Part shown: piece by piece, positions 19,352 through 29,445 of the stretch
Position numbering within the stretch: position 1 is the stretch's first letter
Layout: each line of letters starts with the position of its first letter
Source of the DNA: an uncultured Thermotogaceae bacterium
GTDB taxonomy: Bacteria; Thermotogota; Thermotogae; MWEM01
Direction of reading: 5' to 3'
DNA: 64,000 nucleotides
NCBI GenBank assembly: GCA_964462525.1
Contig: CAYWWY010000007.1
Coordinates: forward strand, 19,963 to 83,962
Position numbers and translations under genes: made by a program
Notes under the pieces: generated by a model
Database searches by the model: none
Told to the model about the DNA's origin: nothing
Seen by the model: the letters and a program-made list of their open reading frames with translations, nothing else

Positions 19352-20611
19352 ATGGTGAAGGTTTGCTTGTTTCCCAACGTGGCCTATTTATCTGAAACAT
19401 CTCGAGCAATCGAAATATTTAAGGCACTCAAGATGCTGGGTGTAAATCCTCTTGTGGCTACACACGGTGGCACGTATGAGCACATTCTGCGGGAGGAAAG
19501 GATCCCTTATCAGATCGTCTCTCCCGAAATGACGAATGAACAATGCCGTGACTATGTTTTGGCAAATATTGGGAAAAAGCGTGGTTTTTATCAAGCAAAC
19601 GTACTACGAGAGCACGTACACTCTGAGATTGATTTCCTAAAAAAGAATCAAGTGAGTCTTGTCCATATTGGGTTTACTCTTTCTGTAAAGCTATCTGCAA
19701 GGTTATTACACATCCCTCTCTCTACTGCGCATGGTTCTTTTTTTCCGCCGGTATTCGAAAAACGGCTGGTGCCATTTAGGAAAGACTTCGACGTAGGTTT
19801 GATCCGGTTGTTCCCGGATCGATGGAAAAGGCAATTTGTAAATTGGCTTTTCCCCCATATAAAGGCATTCACAAAAGCGTTTGATGTTGTCGCAAAAGAG
19901 CTTGGAATAGCGCCAATCCAATCCATTGCTGATCTTTTTGTGGGTGATTATACTTTTGTAACAGACACCCCAGAAATCATTGGTATCAGCAAAGATGAGA
20001 TCGAGAGTTGGGAAAAGAAAAAGAAGGACTCCCGATACAGCAGCCCGATCAAACTGATTCTTGCTGGAGCGATTTACGCGAAACTTTTTGGAGAAGTGTC
20101 TCAGGATCTGGTTGAGTTCTTTCATACCGACAAACCGAAAATATTCGTTGCTCTTACCTCCAGTGTCAAAGACTGCTTGTCTCGCGTTTACGATACGTTG
20201 AAAGGCATGGATTGCCGCGCGGTTTTTTCCACCACCATTCATCCGAAGGATTTTGAACCCTCAGAAAACATTCTTCTAAAGGATCATATCCCTTCCCACA
20301 AAGTGATGCCCTTATGCGATCTTGCGATCATTCATGGCGGTCAAGGCAGCATTCAAACAGCCATAGCATCATCGACACCCATCCTTGGTTTCCCTCTGCA
20401 ACCCGAACAAAACCTTAACTTGCAATTGATTGAAAACCACAAAGCAGGCTTCAATCTTCCGTTTTCCGTCTTAAAGAAGAAGCAATTGGATTCCTATATT
20501 TCAACAATCATAAATGATAAGAGTTTTTCCATCAATATGAAGCGACTGAAAGCATGGCAAGAAAGGTACAATGGGCCCGAGAATGTTGCAAGATCAATAC
20601 TGGAATTATGA
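19352..20611 (+). CDS. Glycosyltransferase family 1 (UGT/MGT-like, GT-B fold)
   Basis: LSETSR N-terminal motif; DLAIIHGGQGS.......P..G.P...EQ..N signature. Confidence 0.82.
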   Translation: MVKVCLFPNVAYLSETSRAIEIFKALKMLGVNPLVATHGGTYEHILREERIPYQIVSPEMTNEQCRDYVLANIGKKRGFYQANVLREHVHSEIDFLKKNQVSLVHIGFTLSVKLSARLLHIPLSTAHGSFFPPVFEKRLVPFRKDFDVGLIRLFPDRWKRQFVNWLFPHIKAFTKAFDVVAKELGIAPIQSIADLFVGDYTFVTDTPEIIGISKDEIESWEKKKKDSRYSSPIKLILAGAIYAKLFGEVSQDLVEFFHTDKPKIFVALTSSVKDCLSRVYDTLKGMDCRAVFSTTIHPKDFEPSENILLKDHIPSHKVMPLCDLAIIHGGQGSIQTAIASSTPILGFPLQPEQNLNLQLIENHKAGFNLPFSVLKKKQLDSYISTIINDKSFSINMKRLKAWQERYNGPENVARSILEL

Positions 20612-20688
20612 GTTTTTCACAAACCCTGATCCGAATTTTTCAGCAATATCTCAAGCCTATCTGGAAAGCCTTTATTGCACAATACGCC

Positions 20689-20716
20689 TGGTCAATTATT
20701 GACCATAAATGGTCAA
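20689..20716. promoter_or_regulatory. Triple half-site inverted repeat, candidate repressor operator
   Basis: TGGTCAA-tta-TTGACCA-taaa-TGGTCAA. Confidence 0.5.
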
Positions 20717-20785
20717 ATATCCCTGAGCGAAACACATTTAAGTGGTAATGAACATGAGTATGGTATTTATTTCCGGAGGTGACTA

Positions 20786-21376
20786 ATGGCAATTGAGATA
20801 CGCAAGTTGATACCAGACCTTGCAGAAGATTATGTCCATTTTTTTGATACTACGCCACACGATACCGAGGTGGATGAACATAAATGTTACTGTGTGTGTT
20901 GGTCTACCGATGATTATGAGGGCAAAGACTTTTCAACAGTAGAGAAAAGAAGAAAATGGGCTTTCCAATATGTCAAAAGCAATCATATTCAAGGGTACCT
21001 TGCTTATAGCGGTGATGTGGTTGTTGGGTGGTGCAACGCCAATACGAAATTAGATTGCTTGAAATGCGCTAGTTGGAGAAGATTCATGAGTTATGTACCG
21101 TTAGTGGAATCGAACACGAGCATAAAAGTAAAATCTATTTTCTGCTTCGTGATTGCGCCGGAGATGAAAAGAAAAGGCATTGCTACGCTACTACTGGAGC
21201 GTGTATGTAAGGATGCGATCCAAGATGGCTTTGACTTTCTTGAGGCATATCCCTACAAGGAATCAAGTTATCAATCATCCGATTTTGGTGGCCATTTTGA
21301 GATGTATAGAAAGAGTGGATTTCATGTGTCCTTCGAGGCTGAACAAGGCCTTGTTATGAGGAAGAAGGTTAAGTAG
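20786..21376 (+). CDS. GNAT family N-acetyltransferase
   Basis: CYCV.W, VVGWCN, IFCFVIAP..KRKGIA, EAYP; GGAGG RBS. Confidence 0.88.
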   Translation: MAIEIRKLIPDLAEDYVHFFDTTPHDTEVDEHKCYCVCWSTDDYEGKDFSTVEKRRKWAFQYVKSNHIQGYLAYSGDVVVGWCNANTKLDCLKCASWRRFMSYVPLVESNTSIKVKSIFCFVIAPEMKRKGIATLLLERVCKDAIQDGFDFLEAYPYKESSYQSSDFGGHFEMYRKSGFHVSFEAEQGLVMRKKVK

Positions 21377-21496
21377 TTGCGCACCGCTGCCCCCTTTGCC
21401 TTCCTTAAAGGTTCTCGGAAAGAATAAAGCAAGGGATAATCAAAAGGGAAGCGAGAAAGTCCAGAGGGTAAGGCTCGAAGAGTGGAAGGGGATATT

Positions 21497-22000
21497 ATGA
21501 TTTTCTCATTTCGGACTGTTGAAAGAAACGATTCTGCCAGGGTCGCAAAATGGAAAAACGATCCCTATGTTCAGCATATGGCTTTGAACCCGGGGAGCGA
21601 GATTACACTCATCAGTCAGGAAGAAGATATTGAGAATTATCTGTTGACCAAAGAAGGCGATTACCAGATTATTTGCTGTGATGGCGAGGCAATCGGATAT
21701 GTGAGAATTGATTGGATCGACTCGGAGAAGAGAGTAGCTTGGCTCCGATTTGTGTTGGGCGAACAAAGGGGTAAGGGTTTTGGAACAGCCGCGCTAATGC
21801 AATACTGTGAACAGCTTATGGTTGAAGGCTGCCAGAGAGTCGAAGGGGAAGTCTATTGTATAAACATAGCCTCTCAGAGAATGTTGGAGAAAGTGGGTTT
21901 CAAGAAAGAAGGGATTAAGAGGAAAGCCCATTTTACCGGGAGTGAGTATGTGGACATCTATGTCTACGGACTAATTCGGGAGGATTGGTTCGACAAGTGA
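21497..22000 (+). CDS. RimJ/RimL-type GNAT acetyltransferase
   Basis: RGKGFGT, NIASQRMLEKVGFKKEG..R. Confidence 0.88.
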   Translation: MIFSFRTVERNDSARVAKWKNDPYVQHMALNPGSEITLISQEEDIENYLLTKEGDYQIICCDGEAIGYVRIDWIDSEKRVAWLRFVLGEQRGKGFGTAALMQYCEQLMVEGCQRVEGEVYCINIASQRMLEKVGFKKEGIKRKAHFTGSEYVDIYVYGLIREDWFDK

Positions 22001-22578
22001 AACCCTCTTTTTCAAAGAATCCTTCCTCAACATCAGTATAAATAATTATCCTTTCAAAAAAAGCCTTTGTTGAGTGGCAGATGCGTTTTTCCAATACCGC
22101 TTTTTTGGGGTGTTTTGTGAGCAGACAATCATTGAATTTTGGGTCCGCAAACATGTGAATACCAAATGGATTTCACATTTTTCGGGGGAGTCTGTTAGAC
22201 ATGGAAAGCGAAATGGCGAGTTTTCTCACCTCCGAAAAAAAGAATGCCTAGGTAAATCAAGAACAGCTATGTCTACGAATGGTTGGTGGATCAAGCCGAC
22301 TCTTAAAGCATAAGAGCTTTTCATCACTAATTCTTGGCTACCAGAAGCCATACTGCTTCGAAGTAGCTTTTATCGAGAATGCTGTTGTGTCCCGAACCAC
22401 AAGCATCAAAATCGATTTCTTAGTACCGCCGCAGGGTTTGCAAATACAGCTCTACCCCTCCATCCGTACTCGGATGCAACACAATCAGCTTGTCTCCAAC
22501 ATGATCCCTTACTTGGCGTCTTCCCATCCCTGGTCTGTCCCCTTCTTTCCATCGTGGATTGTCATTGAGATAGGATTA

Positions 22579-23055
22579 TCAAGAAGAAAACGATTTTTCA
22601 TCCATATGCAATTGGGCAATGGCTTGAATGATATCTTCCCTTCCTACAACGCCTATGCATTTTCCCTCCAATAGAATGGGAATGCGGTCGATATCTCTTT
22701 CTAGCATGATCAAAGCCAACTCTCCCGCAGGCGTTTCCTCTTCTGCCGTGATTAGTTCTGTGTTCATAAGCTCTTTCACCGAAAGTCCCAGCACTTTCAG
22801 AATTTCTTGAACATATCGTTCAGGGTTCTGTCGGTAGAGGAATGTTTCGAGAAGATCCATACACTCTGCCATATAGCTTTTTTTTCCATGGCGTAGGATA
22901 TCTCCTTCAGTAATTACTCCTACCAATCTTTGATCCTGATCCAGCACAGGCAAACCGCCCAAATGATGTTGACTCATGAGCCTTACCGCATCACACAATC
23001 GCTCTTCGGGGAGAATGGAAACTAAGTTTTGCTTCATGAGGTTCTTTGCGATCAT
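22579..23055 (-). CDS. CBS domain pair protein
   Basis: LPVLD...LVGVITEGDI and second repeat RIPI....IGVVGREDI; 4 nt downstream of the antiporter. Confidence 0.9.
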   Translation of the reverse strand: MIAKNLMKQNLVSILPEERLCDAVRLMSQHHLGGLPVLDQDQRLVGVITEGDILRHGKKSYMAECMDLLETFLYRQNPERYVQEILKVLGLSVKELMNTELITAEEETPAGELALIMLERDIDRIPILLEGKCIGVVGREDIIQAIAQLHMDEKSFSS

Positions 23056-23059
23056 ACCT

Positions 23060-24247
23060 TTACACCCCCTCCGCTTCCTTCTCTAAAAGACGTGGAGCAG
23101 ATATTTTGATTCCAATCGCACCCAAAGGTGCAGTCACAACGATCGACAAAACTGCGATGGCAAGGATACTCTCACCTTTTTCGATTCCCATGGCCAGAGG
23201 AATCCCCCCAATCGCAGCCTGCACCGTAGCTTTGGGTGTGTACGAAATCGCGCAGAACAATCGTTCTCTCTGGTTCAAAGAAGATCGAAGCAAAGCAATG
23301 AACACCCCCGAAAATCTTCCTGCAAGACCGATTCCGATGATGAGAAGACCCATCATTCCCGCTTCCCATGCGACAGGAATGTTGACTTCCGCGCCAATCA
23401 AGACAAAGAGGAAGATCTGCGCAAAAAACCATGCCTTATTCAACTCTCTTTCGATCTGCACGGCTATATGGTTGGTTTTTTCGAGAAGCATAAATCCAAA
23501 GACCAGGACTCCCAAAAGCCCAGTAAGGTTCCATCTCTCACCGATGATATACACCAGGATGGCAAAGCAAAGGACAAATGCGATCTTCTCCATCTCAGCA
23601 ATCCGCCATTTCTGGTATTTCATGGTTTTTCCCAATACCCACCCAAAGCCAATTCCAATGGCTACTCCGGCAAGAATACGCAAAGGGATCAGCCCGATTT
23701 GAAACAGCAATCCTTGATCCGAATGCATGGAAATTCCCATAAATGCGGTAAACATGGAAATCGCGAACACATCGTCGACGGAAGCCCCAGCAAGTATGAT
23801 GATGGGGACCCCTTTTCTCATACCCAACCCTTTTTCTTTCAAGTACAACATCGAGGGTACAATCACAGCAGGTGAAACAGCTGCCAGAATAAATCCCAGC
23901 ACGCCTGCATGTGTAAAAGGCATGTTTAAGAGTTTCCAGGCGACGATGGCAACAAGGAATCCTTCAATCAAGCATGGAAGGGCGCTCATCTTGGCCGCGA
24001 TCACTCCTACTTCTTTGAGGAGGGCTTTCTCCATACCCAATCCTGCGCGCAACAAGATGATCACCAAAGCAATCATCCGGATCTCCCCAGCGGCTTCCAT
24101 GATCTGAGGACTCAACCACTCAAATCCGTAGGGGCCAATAAGGACTCCAACGATGATCATCCCCAGCAGACCTGGCAATCTCATCCAAGAAAACACATAA
24201 CTCCCAAGCATTCCAAACAGAAGGATCAAGAAAATGCTTTCGATCAT
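23060..24247 (-). CDS. Cation:proton antiporter (CPA superfamily)
   Basis: About 12 TM helices; LPGLLGM, IILLRAGL, AVSPAVIVP, GASVDDV, PKATVQAAIG. Confidence 0.9.
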   Translation of the reverse strand: MIESIFLILLFGMLGSYVFSWMRLPGLLGMIIVGVLIGPYGFEWLSPQIMEAAGEIRMIALVIILLRAGLGMEKALLKEVGVIAAKMSALPCLIEGFLVAIVAWKLLNMPFTHAGVLGFILAAVSPAVIVPSMLYLKEKGLGMRKGVPIIILAGASVDDVFAISMFTAFMGISMHSDQGLLFQIGLIPLRILAGVAIGIGFGWVLGKTMKYQKWRIAEMEKIAFVLCFAILVYIIGERWNLTGLLGVLVFGFMLLEKTNHIAVQIERELNKAWFFAQIFLFVLIGAEVNIPVAWEAGMMGLLIIGIGLAGRFSGVFIALLRSSLNQRERLFCAISYTPKATVQAAIGGIPLAMGIEKGESILAIAVLSIVVTAPLGAIGIKISAPRLLEKEAEGV

Positions 24248-24260
24248 ATGCTCACCCCAT

Positions 24261-24339
24261 AAAAAAAGCTTCTACAAGGATCTTGTAGAAGCCATTAGCT
24301 TTTCAGCGGTTTACAGATTGCAGGAGAGCTTCATCTCCC
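24261..24339 (-). ncRNA. Fluoride (crcB) riboswitch with intrinsic terminator
   Basis: Minus strand GGAGAUGAAGCUCUCC...UAAACCGCUGAAAAGCUAAUGGCUUCUAC: P1 GGAGA/UCUCC, P2 GCU/AGC, pseudoknot GAAGC/GCUUC; overlapping terminator GCUUCUACAAG-AUC-CUUGUAGAAGC-U7. Confidence 0.9.
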
Positions 24340-24347
24340 TTGGTTCG

Positions 24348-24376
24348 AGTATAGCACAAACAACGATGCTTGTCAA
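24348..24376 (-). promoter_or_regulatory. Sigma70 promoter for the fluoride riboswitch operon
   Basis: TTGACA-N17-TATACT with extended TG, about 10 nt upstream of the aptamer. Confidence 0.8.
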
Positions 24377-24529
24377 TTCTGGTGTTCCAACACTTTTGGG
24401 TAAAAGTGCGATTTTGAGGGTGATCATACTCGGATTATGCGAGTTTTACGCGTCAATGTGATCGAAGGTGGGGGGCAGTTCGATTTACCATTGTAGCAGT
24501 TGTCTTACCTCGCTATCAAAGGACTTTCT

Positions 24530-25465
24530 TCAAAAAATAACGGTCTTCTCTCTTGTCTTTGTGGCTACTTCTAAGGAGGCAACCGCATGATCAATATCGA
24601 GATTGGGCGATTTTTCATCCCTTTTTAGGCATTCCAGAACATGCCGGATGACTTGCTCATAATCGTCGGTTTCAGGGACTTCCACTCTCTGTTCTACTCC
24701 ATCTAAGTTGACATGCACGCTTTGTTCCACCTCTTCTCCGAAACTCCCCCGGAATCGGACCGATCCTTTCTCCCCATCGATGTTATAACCGATAAGAAAA
24801 GGAGAATTCTCGGGCAAACTGGAATCGCTGATCAGAGTTGCCATAGCCCTTTCATACCCATAATTGGCCTGAATGACGGATCTTCTTTTCATATCAATTC
24901 CATAAGAGGCGATGGATTTTGGGTTCCCTAAGATTTCCAAGAGGAAATCGAGATTATGGATAAAAAAGGTGAACACCGAACGGCCTATCGATAAGTCCCC
25001 CCAAGTCGAAGGCGTTTTGTTGTACGCTTCAAGATAATGGATTTTTCCCAGTTTATTACTCTTTGCATAGTTGATTCCAATCTGGTGGGGTGTAGAGTAT
25101 TTTGTAAACATATCCACATATACATGTCTTTTATTTCCATCCGCTACGTAAGCGATTTCTTTGGCTTCTCTGAGAGAAAAAGAGATCGGTGTTTCACAAA
25201 ACACATGTTTGCTTTTTCGAAGGGCACGGATTGCGTATTCATGATGGAGTTCTGTCGGTAAGCAGATATCGATAAGATCTATACTCCCATCCTCAAGGAT
25301 ATCTTCGAACCGATCGGTGACAAAAATCCCATATTCTCGATGGATCTTTGAAAGCGCATTCTGATTTCTTCCGAATACATATTTGATGGTTACGTCTGCT
25401 ATCTTCTGGTATATTTCGATATGATTCATCCCAAAATTGGTTCCAAGAACTGCAACATTGACCAT
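24530..25465 (-). CDS. Gfo/Idh/MocA family oxidoreductase
   Basis: AVLGTNFG, IDICLPT..H, KHVFCETP. Confidence 0.85.
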   Translation of the reverse strand: MVNVAVLGTNFGMNHIEIYQKIADVTIKYVFGRNQNALSKIHREYGIFVTDRFEDILEDGSIDLIDICLPTELHHEYAIRALRKSKHVFCETPISFSLREAKEIAYVADGNKRHVYVDMFTKYSTPHQIGINYAKSNKLGKIHYLEAYNKTPSTWGDLSIGRSVFTFFIHNLDFLLEILGNPKSIASYGIDMKRRSVIQANYGYERAMATLISDSSLPENSPFLIGYNIDGEKGSVRFRGSFGEEVEQSVHVNLDGVEQRVEVPETDDYEQVIRHVLECLKRDEKSPNLDIDHAVASLEVATKTREKTVIF

Positions 25466-25630
25466 TGATTCTCCCTGCCTTTCGTTTCTATCTGTAAGAA
25501 GCCAATCAAAGGAAATGACTTAGCTTTGCGACTCATAAACCCTCGATCCGGCTGCCTAAGGCTTTAACCATCCATACTCCATAAGGATTATACCATATGC
25601 AATCAAACCCACACCCCACACCAAACCCAG

Positions 25631-25992
25631 GATGTACACATTCGTTTCTCTTCACCGAAAAGCGGAGTTCCGATATGCAGTCATGCAACCGTTGCGGCGC
25701 ACTAAGCCCGGCGAAAGAAAGGCACACGGATAACACCCGTGTATATCAGAAAACAGGCACTGGAATCCTTCCGGTCGATATAATCCGAGAAGAAAACGAG
25801 TATTTAATCCTAATGACGCAGAGAGAAGCCATTACCCGCACAGGAGCAATGGAAGTCTTCGTTACGATAGAAAGCAGGAAACCCGTTTTGGAGCGGATCT
25901 CAGGTATAGACACAATCGCTGTTTCTACGGAGCTTTGGTTTTCAAATCTCAGCATTAGTAGAAAACCCAGTGGTAATTTTAAAGTTGTCTGA
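25631..25992 (+). pseudogene. PhzF family isomerase/epimerase remnant
   Basis: DVHIRFSSPKSGVPICSHATVAAH* (cf. RFFTP..E.PICGHAT) ending in TAA, frameshift into QKTGTGILPVDI..MTQ, N-terminus and central part missing. Confidence 0.75.
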
Positions 25993-26048
25993 TGTCCTAC
26001 AAACTGATAAGGTCCTTAATGGTCAGGATCCTTCCTCATCCTCCTAAA

Positions 26049-26570
26049 TCATTTGGGCGGCAGAACCCCTTGCGTAATGGTAAAAAAAGAATCGGGATCA
26101 TACCATTCCAAAAGATCCAGAGATTGCTGTTCTCCAACACCGCCGAGATAATTGTGGACCCGTTTCTCCAGATAGGGATGGGATCGGATCAGAAGGCCCG
26201 TGTTCATGTATTTGTCCTCCACGGCGAAAACAATGCTGCGGATGTTGGCCAACACAATCGTAGTGAGGCACATCAAACAAGGCTCGACGGTGGTATACAT
26301 AATGCATGATCGGCCATGTTTCTTCAAGTACGGGGCGCTTTGAAAGATGGCCGTGTTTTCGGCATGCGCCACATGGCTGTCCAAAGACAAAAACCGATTG
26401 GAGGATCGGATCACGACCGTTCCATGGTGGACAATAACTGCCCCGATTGGACGGTCTCCTCTTTTCCCCGCATCTTCCGCCTCTTCAAGTGCGATCTGCA
26501 TAAACCTGATATGGTCGCTCTCATGAAACTGGGAAAGATCTTTGCCCGTGTGCGCTGATTTGGTTTCCAA
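26049..26570 (-). CDS. Nucleoside/nucleobase deaminase (cytidine deaminase/TadA-like fold)
   Basis: PIGAVIV, HAE, EPCLMC; probable TTG start behind GAGGAG. Confidence 0.85.
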   Translation of the reverse strand: METKSAHTGKDLSQFHESDHIRFMQIALEEAEDAGKRGDRPIGAVIVHHGTVVIRSSNRFLSLDSHVAHAENTAIFQSAPYLKKHGRSCIMYTTVEPCLMCLTTIVLANIRSIVFAVEDKYMNTGLLIRSHPYLEKRVHNYLGGVGEQQSLDLLEWYDPDSFFTITQGVLPPK

Positions 26571-26802
26571 TTCTCTCTCTCCTCTCTCCGATCTAATTGG
26601 TTTTCCGATTTCCAGCCACCCCTTACGCTCCCAAAAAGATTGCAATAGTGTTCGGTCGATTATAGCACACCAATGGCCCCTTTTCCTGGTCGAACTCATC
26701 TTCGACGGTGTTTTTATGAAACGATGCTTGTGTTATAATGTGACTGTAATTCTTCTCATCGAGTGCTCCTGTCGAAAACAAAAACAGAAAAGGGGTGTTG
26801 GT

Positions 26803-27873
26803 ATGAAGAGGGTCTTCGTGTCTATGTTTGTTGTCACAGTATTGATTGCCACCTTTTTGTTCTCCGCTCAGTTGAATGTTGGATTCATCTACATCGGACC
26901 TGCAGGGGATGCAGGGTGGACCTATGCGCATGATCTGGGAAGGCTTCATCTCGAAGGAGTCTTTGGAGATCAGATTTCAACGACCTTTGTCGAAAGTGTG
27001 CCCGAAGGGATGGAAGCGATGATGACCATCGAGTCCCTTGCAAGAAGAGGATACGATATCATCTTTACTACAAGTTTTGGGTACATGGATCCAACTTTCT
27101 TAGCGGCAGAAAAATACCCTGATGTCTGGTTCCATCATTGTTCTGGGTATAAAAGCGCCGAGAATATGTCCACATATTTTGGAAGGATGTACGAACCAAG
27201 GTTTCTGACGGGTCTTATCGCTGGCATGAAAACATCCTCAAACCGCATTGGATATGTAGCCGCCCATCCGATTCCGGAAGTGGTGCGGGGTATCAACGCC
27301 TTTGCCTTGGGCGTTCGGATGGTCAATCCTGACGCGCGTGTCCATGTCGTGTGGAGCAATACCTGGTACGATCCCGCCATGGAAAAGGAAGCTGCTTTGA
27401 GCTTGCTTGATCTCGGTTGTGATGTCATTGCCATGCATCAGGATTCTCCTGCGCCTCAACAAGCTGCTCAGGAAAGGGGAGCGTTCAGCATTGGATACAA
27501 CAGCGATATGGTCGCTTTTGCTCCCAAGGCCTATTTGACAGCCCCCGTCTGGAACTGGGGTATATACTACGAGCGAGTGGTTCGCGAAACTATGGCTGGA
27601 ACCTATCAAGCCGAAGAGTATTGGGGTGGTATGAACGACGGGATTATTGGGCTTGCTCCCATGACCGATTTGGTTCCCCAGAACGCTCAGGTTATGGTTG
27701 AAGTTTTCAAGGAAGCCATCAAAGCAGGCTCTTTCCATCCGTTCCAAGGACCTGTTTACAATCAGAGAAACGAGTTGGTTGTTCCGAAAGGTCAGATTCC
27801 ATCAGATGGAGAACTGCTTTCCATGAGTTGGTTCGTGGACAACGTGGTCGGGATCATTCCAGGGTCCAACTAG
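26803..27873 (+). CDS. BMP family ABC substrate-binding protein (purine nucleoside type)
   Basis: Signal peptide; GPAGDAGWTYAHD.GR, TSFGYMD, PIPEVVRGINAF. Confidence 0.92.
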   Translation: MKRVFVSMFVVTVLIATFLFSAQLNVGFIYIGPAGDAGWTYAHDLGRLHLEGVFGDQISTTFVESVPEGMEAMMTIESLARRGYDIIFTTSFGYMDPTFLAAEKYPDVWFHHCSGYKSAENMSTYFGRMYEPRFLTGLIAGMKTSSNRIGYVAAHPIPEVVRGINAFALGVRMVNPDARVHVVWSNTWYDPAMEKEAALSLLDLGCDVIAMHQDSPAPQQAAQERGAFSIGYNSDMVAFAPKAYLTAPVWNWGIYYERVVRETMAGTYQAEEYWGGMNDGIIGLAPMTDLVPQNAQVMVEVFKEAIKAGSFHPFQGPVYNQRNELVVPKGQIPSDGELLSMSWFVDNVVGIIPGSN

Positions 27874-27924
27874 GCAAGTTATCCAGCCGGGCGTCATGAT
27901 GAGCCCGGCTTTTGTATGTAGGAG

Positions 27925-29445
27925 ATGATCATGCCTGAATCAGAAGCACCCGTATTGTGGATGAAGGGTATTGTCAAACGTTTCGGCAAAAAGGCTGCTA
28001 ATGATCGCACGGATTTTGACCTTGCTGCCGGGGAAGTGCACGCTTTGTTGGGGGAAAACGGGGCGGGAAAGACGACCCTGATGAACATTCTGTATGGTCT
28101 GTATCGGCCCGACGAAGGAGAGATTCAGATCGACGGGAACCCGGTCTCGATCCGTTCTCCCCACCATGCGATGATCCATGGAATTGGAATGGTCCAACAG
28201 CACTTCACGCTGGTTCCATCTTTTAGTGTGGCTGAAAATGTGGTTTTGGGGATGAAAAATCAACCCTTTTGGAATCAAACCAAGTCTTCTAGAACTCAGT
28301 TCGACCAACTTGCCAAAAAGTACGATCTTCCAGTTCCTTCGAGCGCAAAAGCGTGGCAGCTCTCGGTTGTCGAAAAGCAGCGTCTTGAAATCTTGAAGCT
28401 TCTTTTTCTATCTGCCCGTATTATCATTCTTGATGAACCCACGGCTGTGCTGACACCTCAGGAATCGGAAACATTGTTCAAAGCGATTCGGAAGATGAAA
28501 AGCGAAGGAGCTTCCATTGTTTTTATCTCCCACAAGCTTAGAGAGGTGATGGAGATCGCCGATCGAATCACAGTCCTAAGACAGGGCAAAGTGGTCGGGA
28601 CTACAAAAAAGGCAGCGACTCGTATCGAGCAACTTGCCCAGTGGATGGTAGGCAGAGAAGTGGTTCTGAAGGTATCGGATCAAAGAGTTCCTCCCAAAGA
28701 AACCATCTTGCATGTTCAAGGATTAAAAGCCACGGACGACCGAGGTGGAAACGCCTTGAAAGGTATCTCATTTGACTTGAAACAAGGAGAGATCCTGGGG
28801 ATTGCAGGCGTAGGCGGCAACGGGCAAAAGGAGTTAGCCGAGTGTCTTTATGGCTTGAGAACACCTTCCGAAGGGAAAGTGCTGTTTAATGGGAAAGAGA
28901 TTACGCGCTGCAGTGTGCGCAAGCGGATGCATATGGGGATCGCTTTTATTCCCGAAGACAGAAAAAGCACAGCTTCCTGTCCCAATCTCTCCGTTTCTGC
29001 CAATTTGATGATGAAGAGAATCAAGCATTATGGAATCTTTCCCAACCGGAAACGGATGCGTGAAAAAGCCAAAATACTGGTCGAGCAGTACGGAATCTCT
29101 CTAACCAGTGTCAACCAACCCATTAAACTCCTTTCGGGGGGCAATATCCAAAAAACGATCCTAGCGAGAGAACTGTCTTCAAAACCAAGTATAGTCATTG
29201 CCGAGCATCCAACAAGAGGATTGGATGTGGGGGCGATGGAGTTTGTATACAATCAATTGATTCAAGCAAGAAACGCAGGCACAGCGGTTCTGTTGTTGGC
29301 AGGGGATTTGGAGGAGATCTTCACTGTCTGTGACCGGGTAGCAGTCATCTATGAAGGGAAGATCGTGGGATATTCACACCCGGACCCCTCACGTATCGAG
29401 GAGATCGGGTTGATGATGGCAGGAGCGGGCCATGATTCACATTGA
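27925..29445 (+). CDS. Sugar/nucleoside ABC transporter ATP-binding protein (duplicated NBD)
   Basis: GENGAGKT, LDEPT, LSGGN.QK, PTRGLD. Confidence 0.93.
   Translation: MIMPESEAPVLWMKGIVKRFGKKAANDRTDFDLAAGEVHALLGENGAGKTTLMNILYGLYRPDEGEIQIDGNPVSIRSPHHAMIHGIGMVQQHFTLVPSFSVAENVVLGMKNQPFWNQTKSSRTQFDQLAKKYDLPVPSSAKAWQLSVVEKQRLEILKLLFLSARIIILDEPTAVLTPQESETLFKAIRKMKSEGASIVFISHKLREVMEIADRITVLRQGKVVGTTKKAATRIEQLAQWMVGREVVLKVSDQRVPPKETILHVQGLKATDDRGGNALKGISFDLKQGEILGIAGVGGNGQKELAECLYGLRTPSEGKVLFNGKEITRCSVRKRMHMGIAFIPEDRKSTASCPNLSVSANLMMKRIKHYGIFPNRKRMREKAKILVEQYGISLTSVNQPIKLLSGGNIQKTILARELSSKPSIVIAEHPTRGLDVGAMEFVYNQLIQARNAGTAVLLLAGDLEEIFTVCDRVAVIYEGKIVGYSHPDPSRIEEIGLMMAGAGHDSH

Noticed and set aside
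17635-22000. Integron attC sites between the cassette-like genes
   Set aside because: No RYYYAAC...GTTRRRY pairs with internal symmetry and no integrase seen
22420-22530. Minus-strand 35-codon ORF (MGRRQVRDHVGDKLIVL...) after the CBS gene
   Set aside because: Weak RBS and no recognisable family
26700-26802. Purine riboswitch upstream of the BMP ABC operon
   Set aside because: No aptamer consensus or terminator visible
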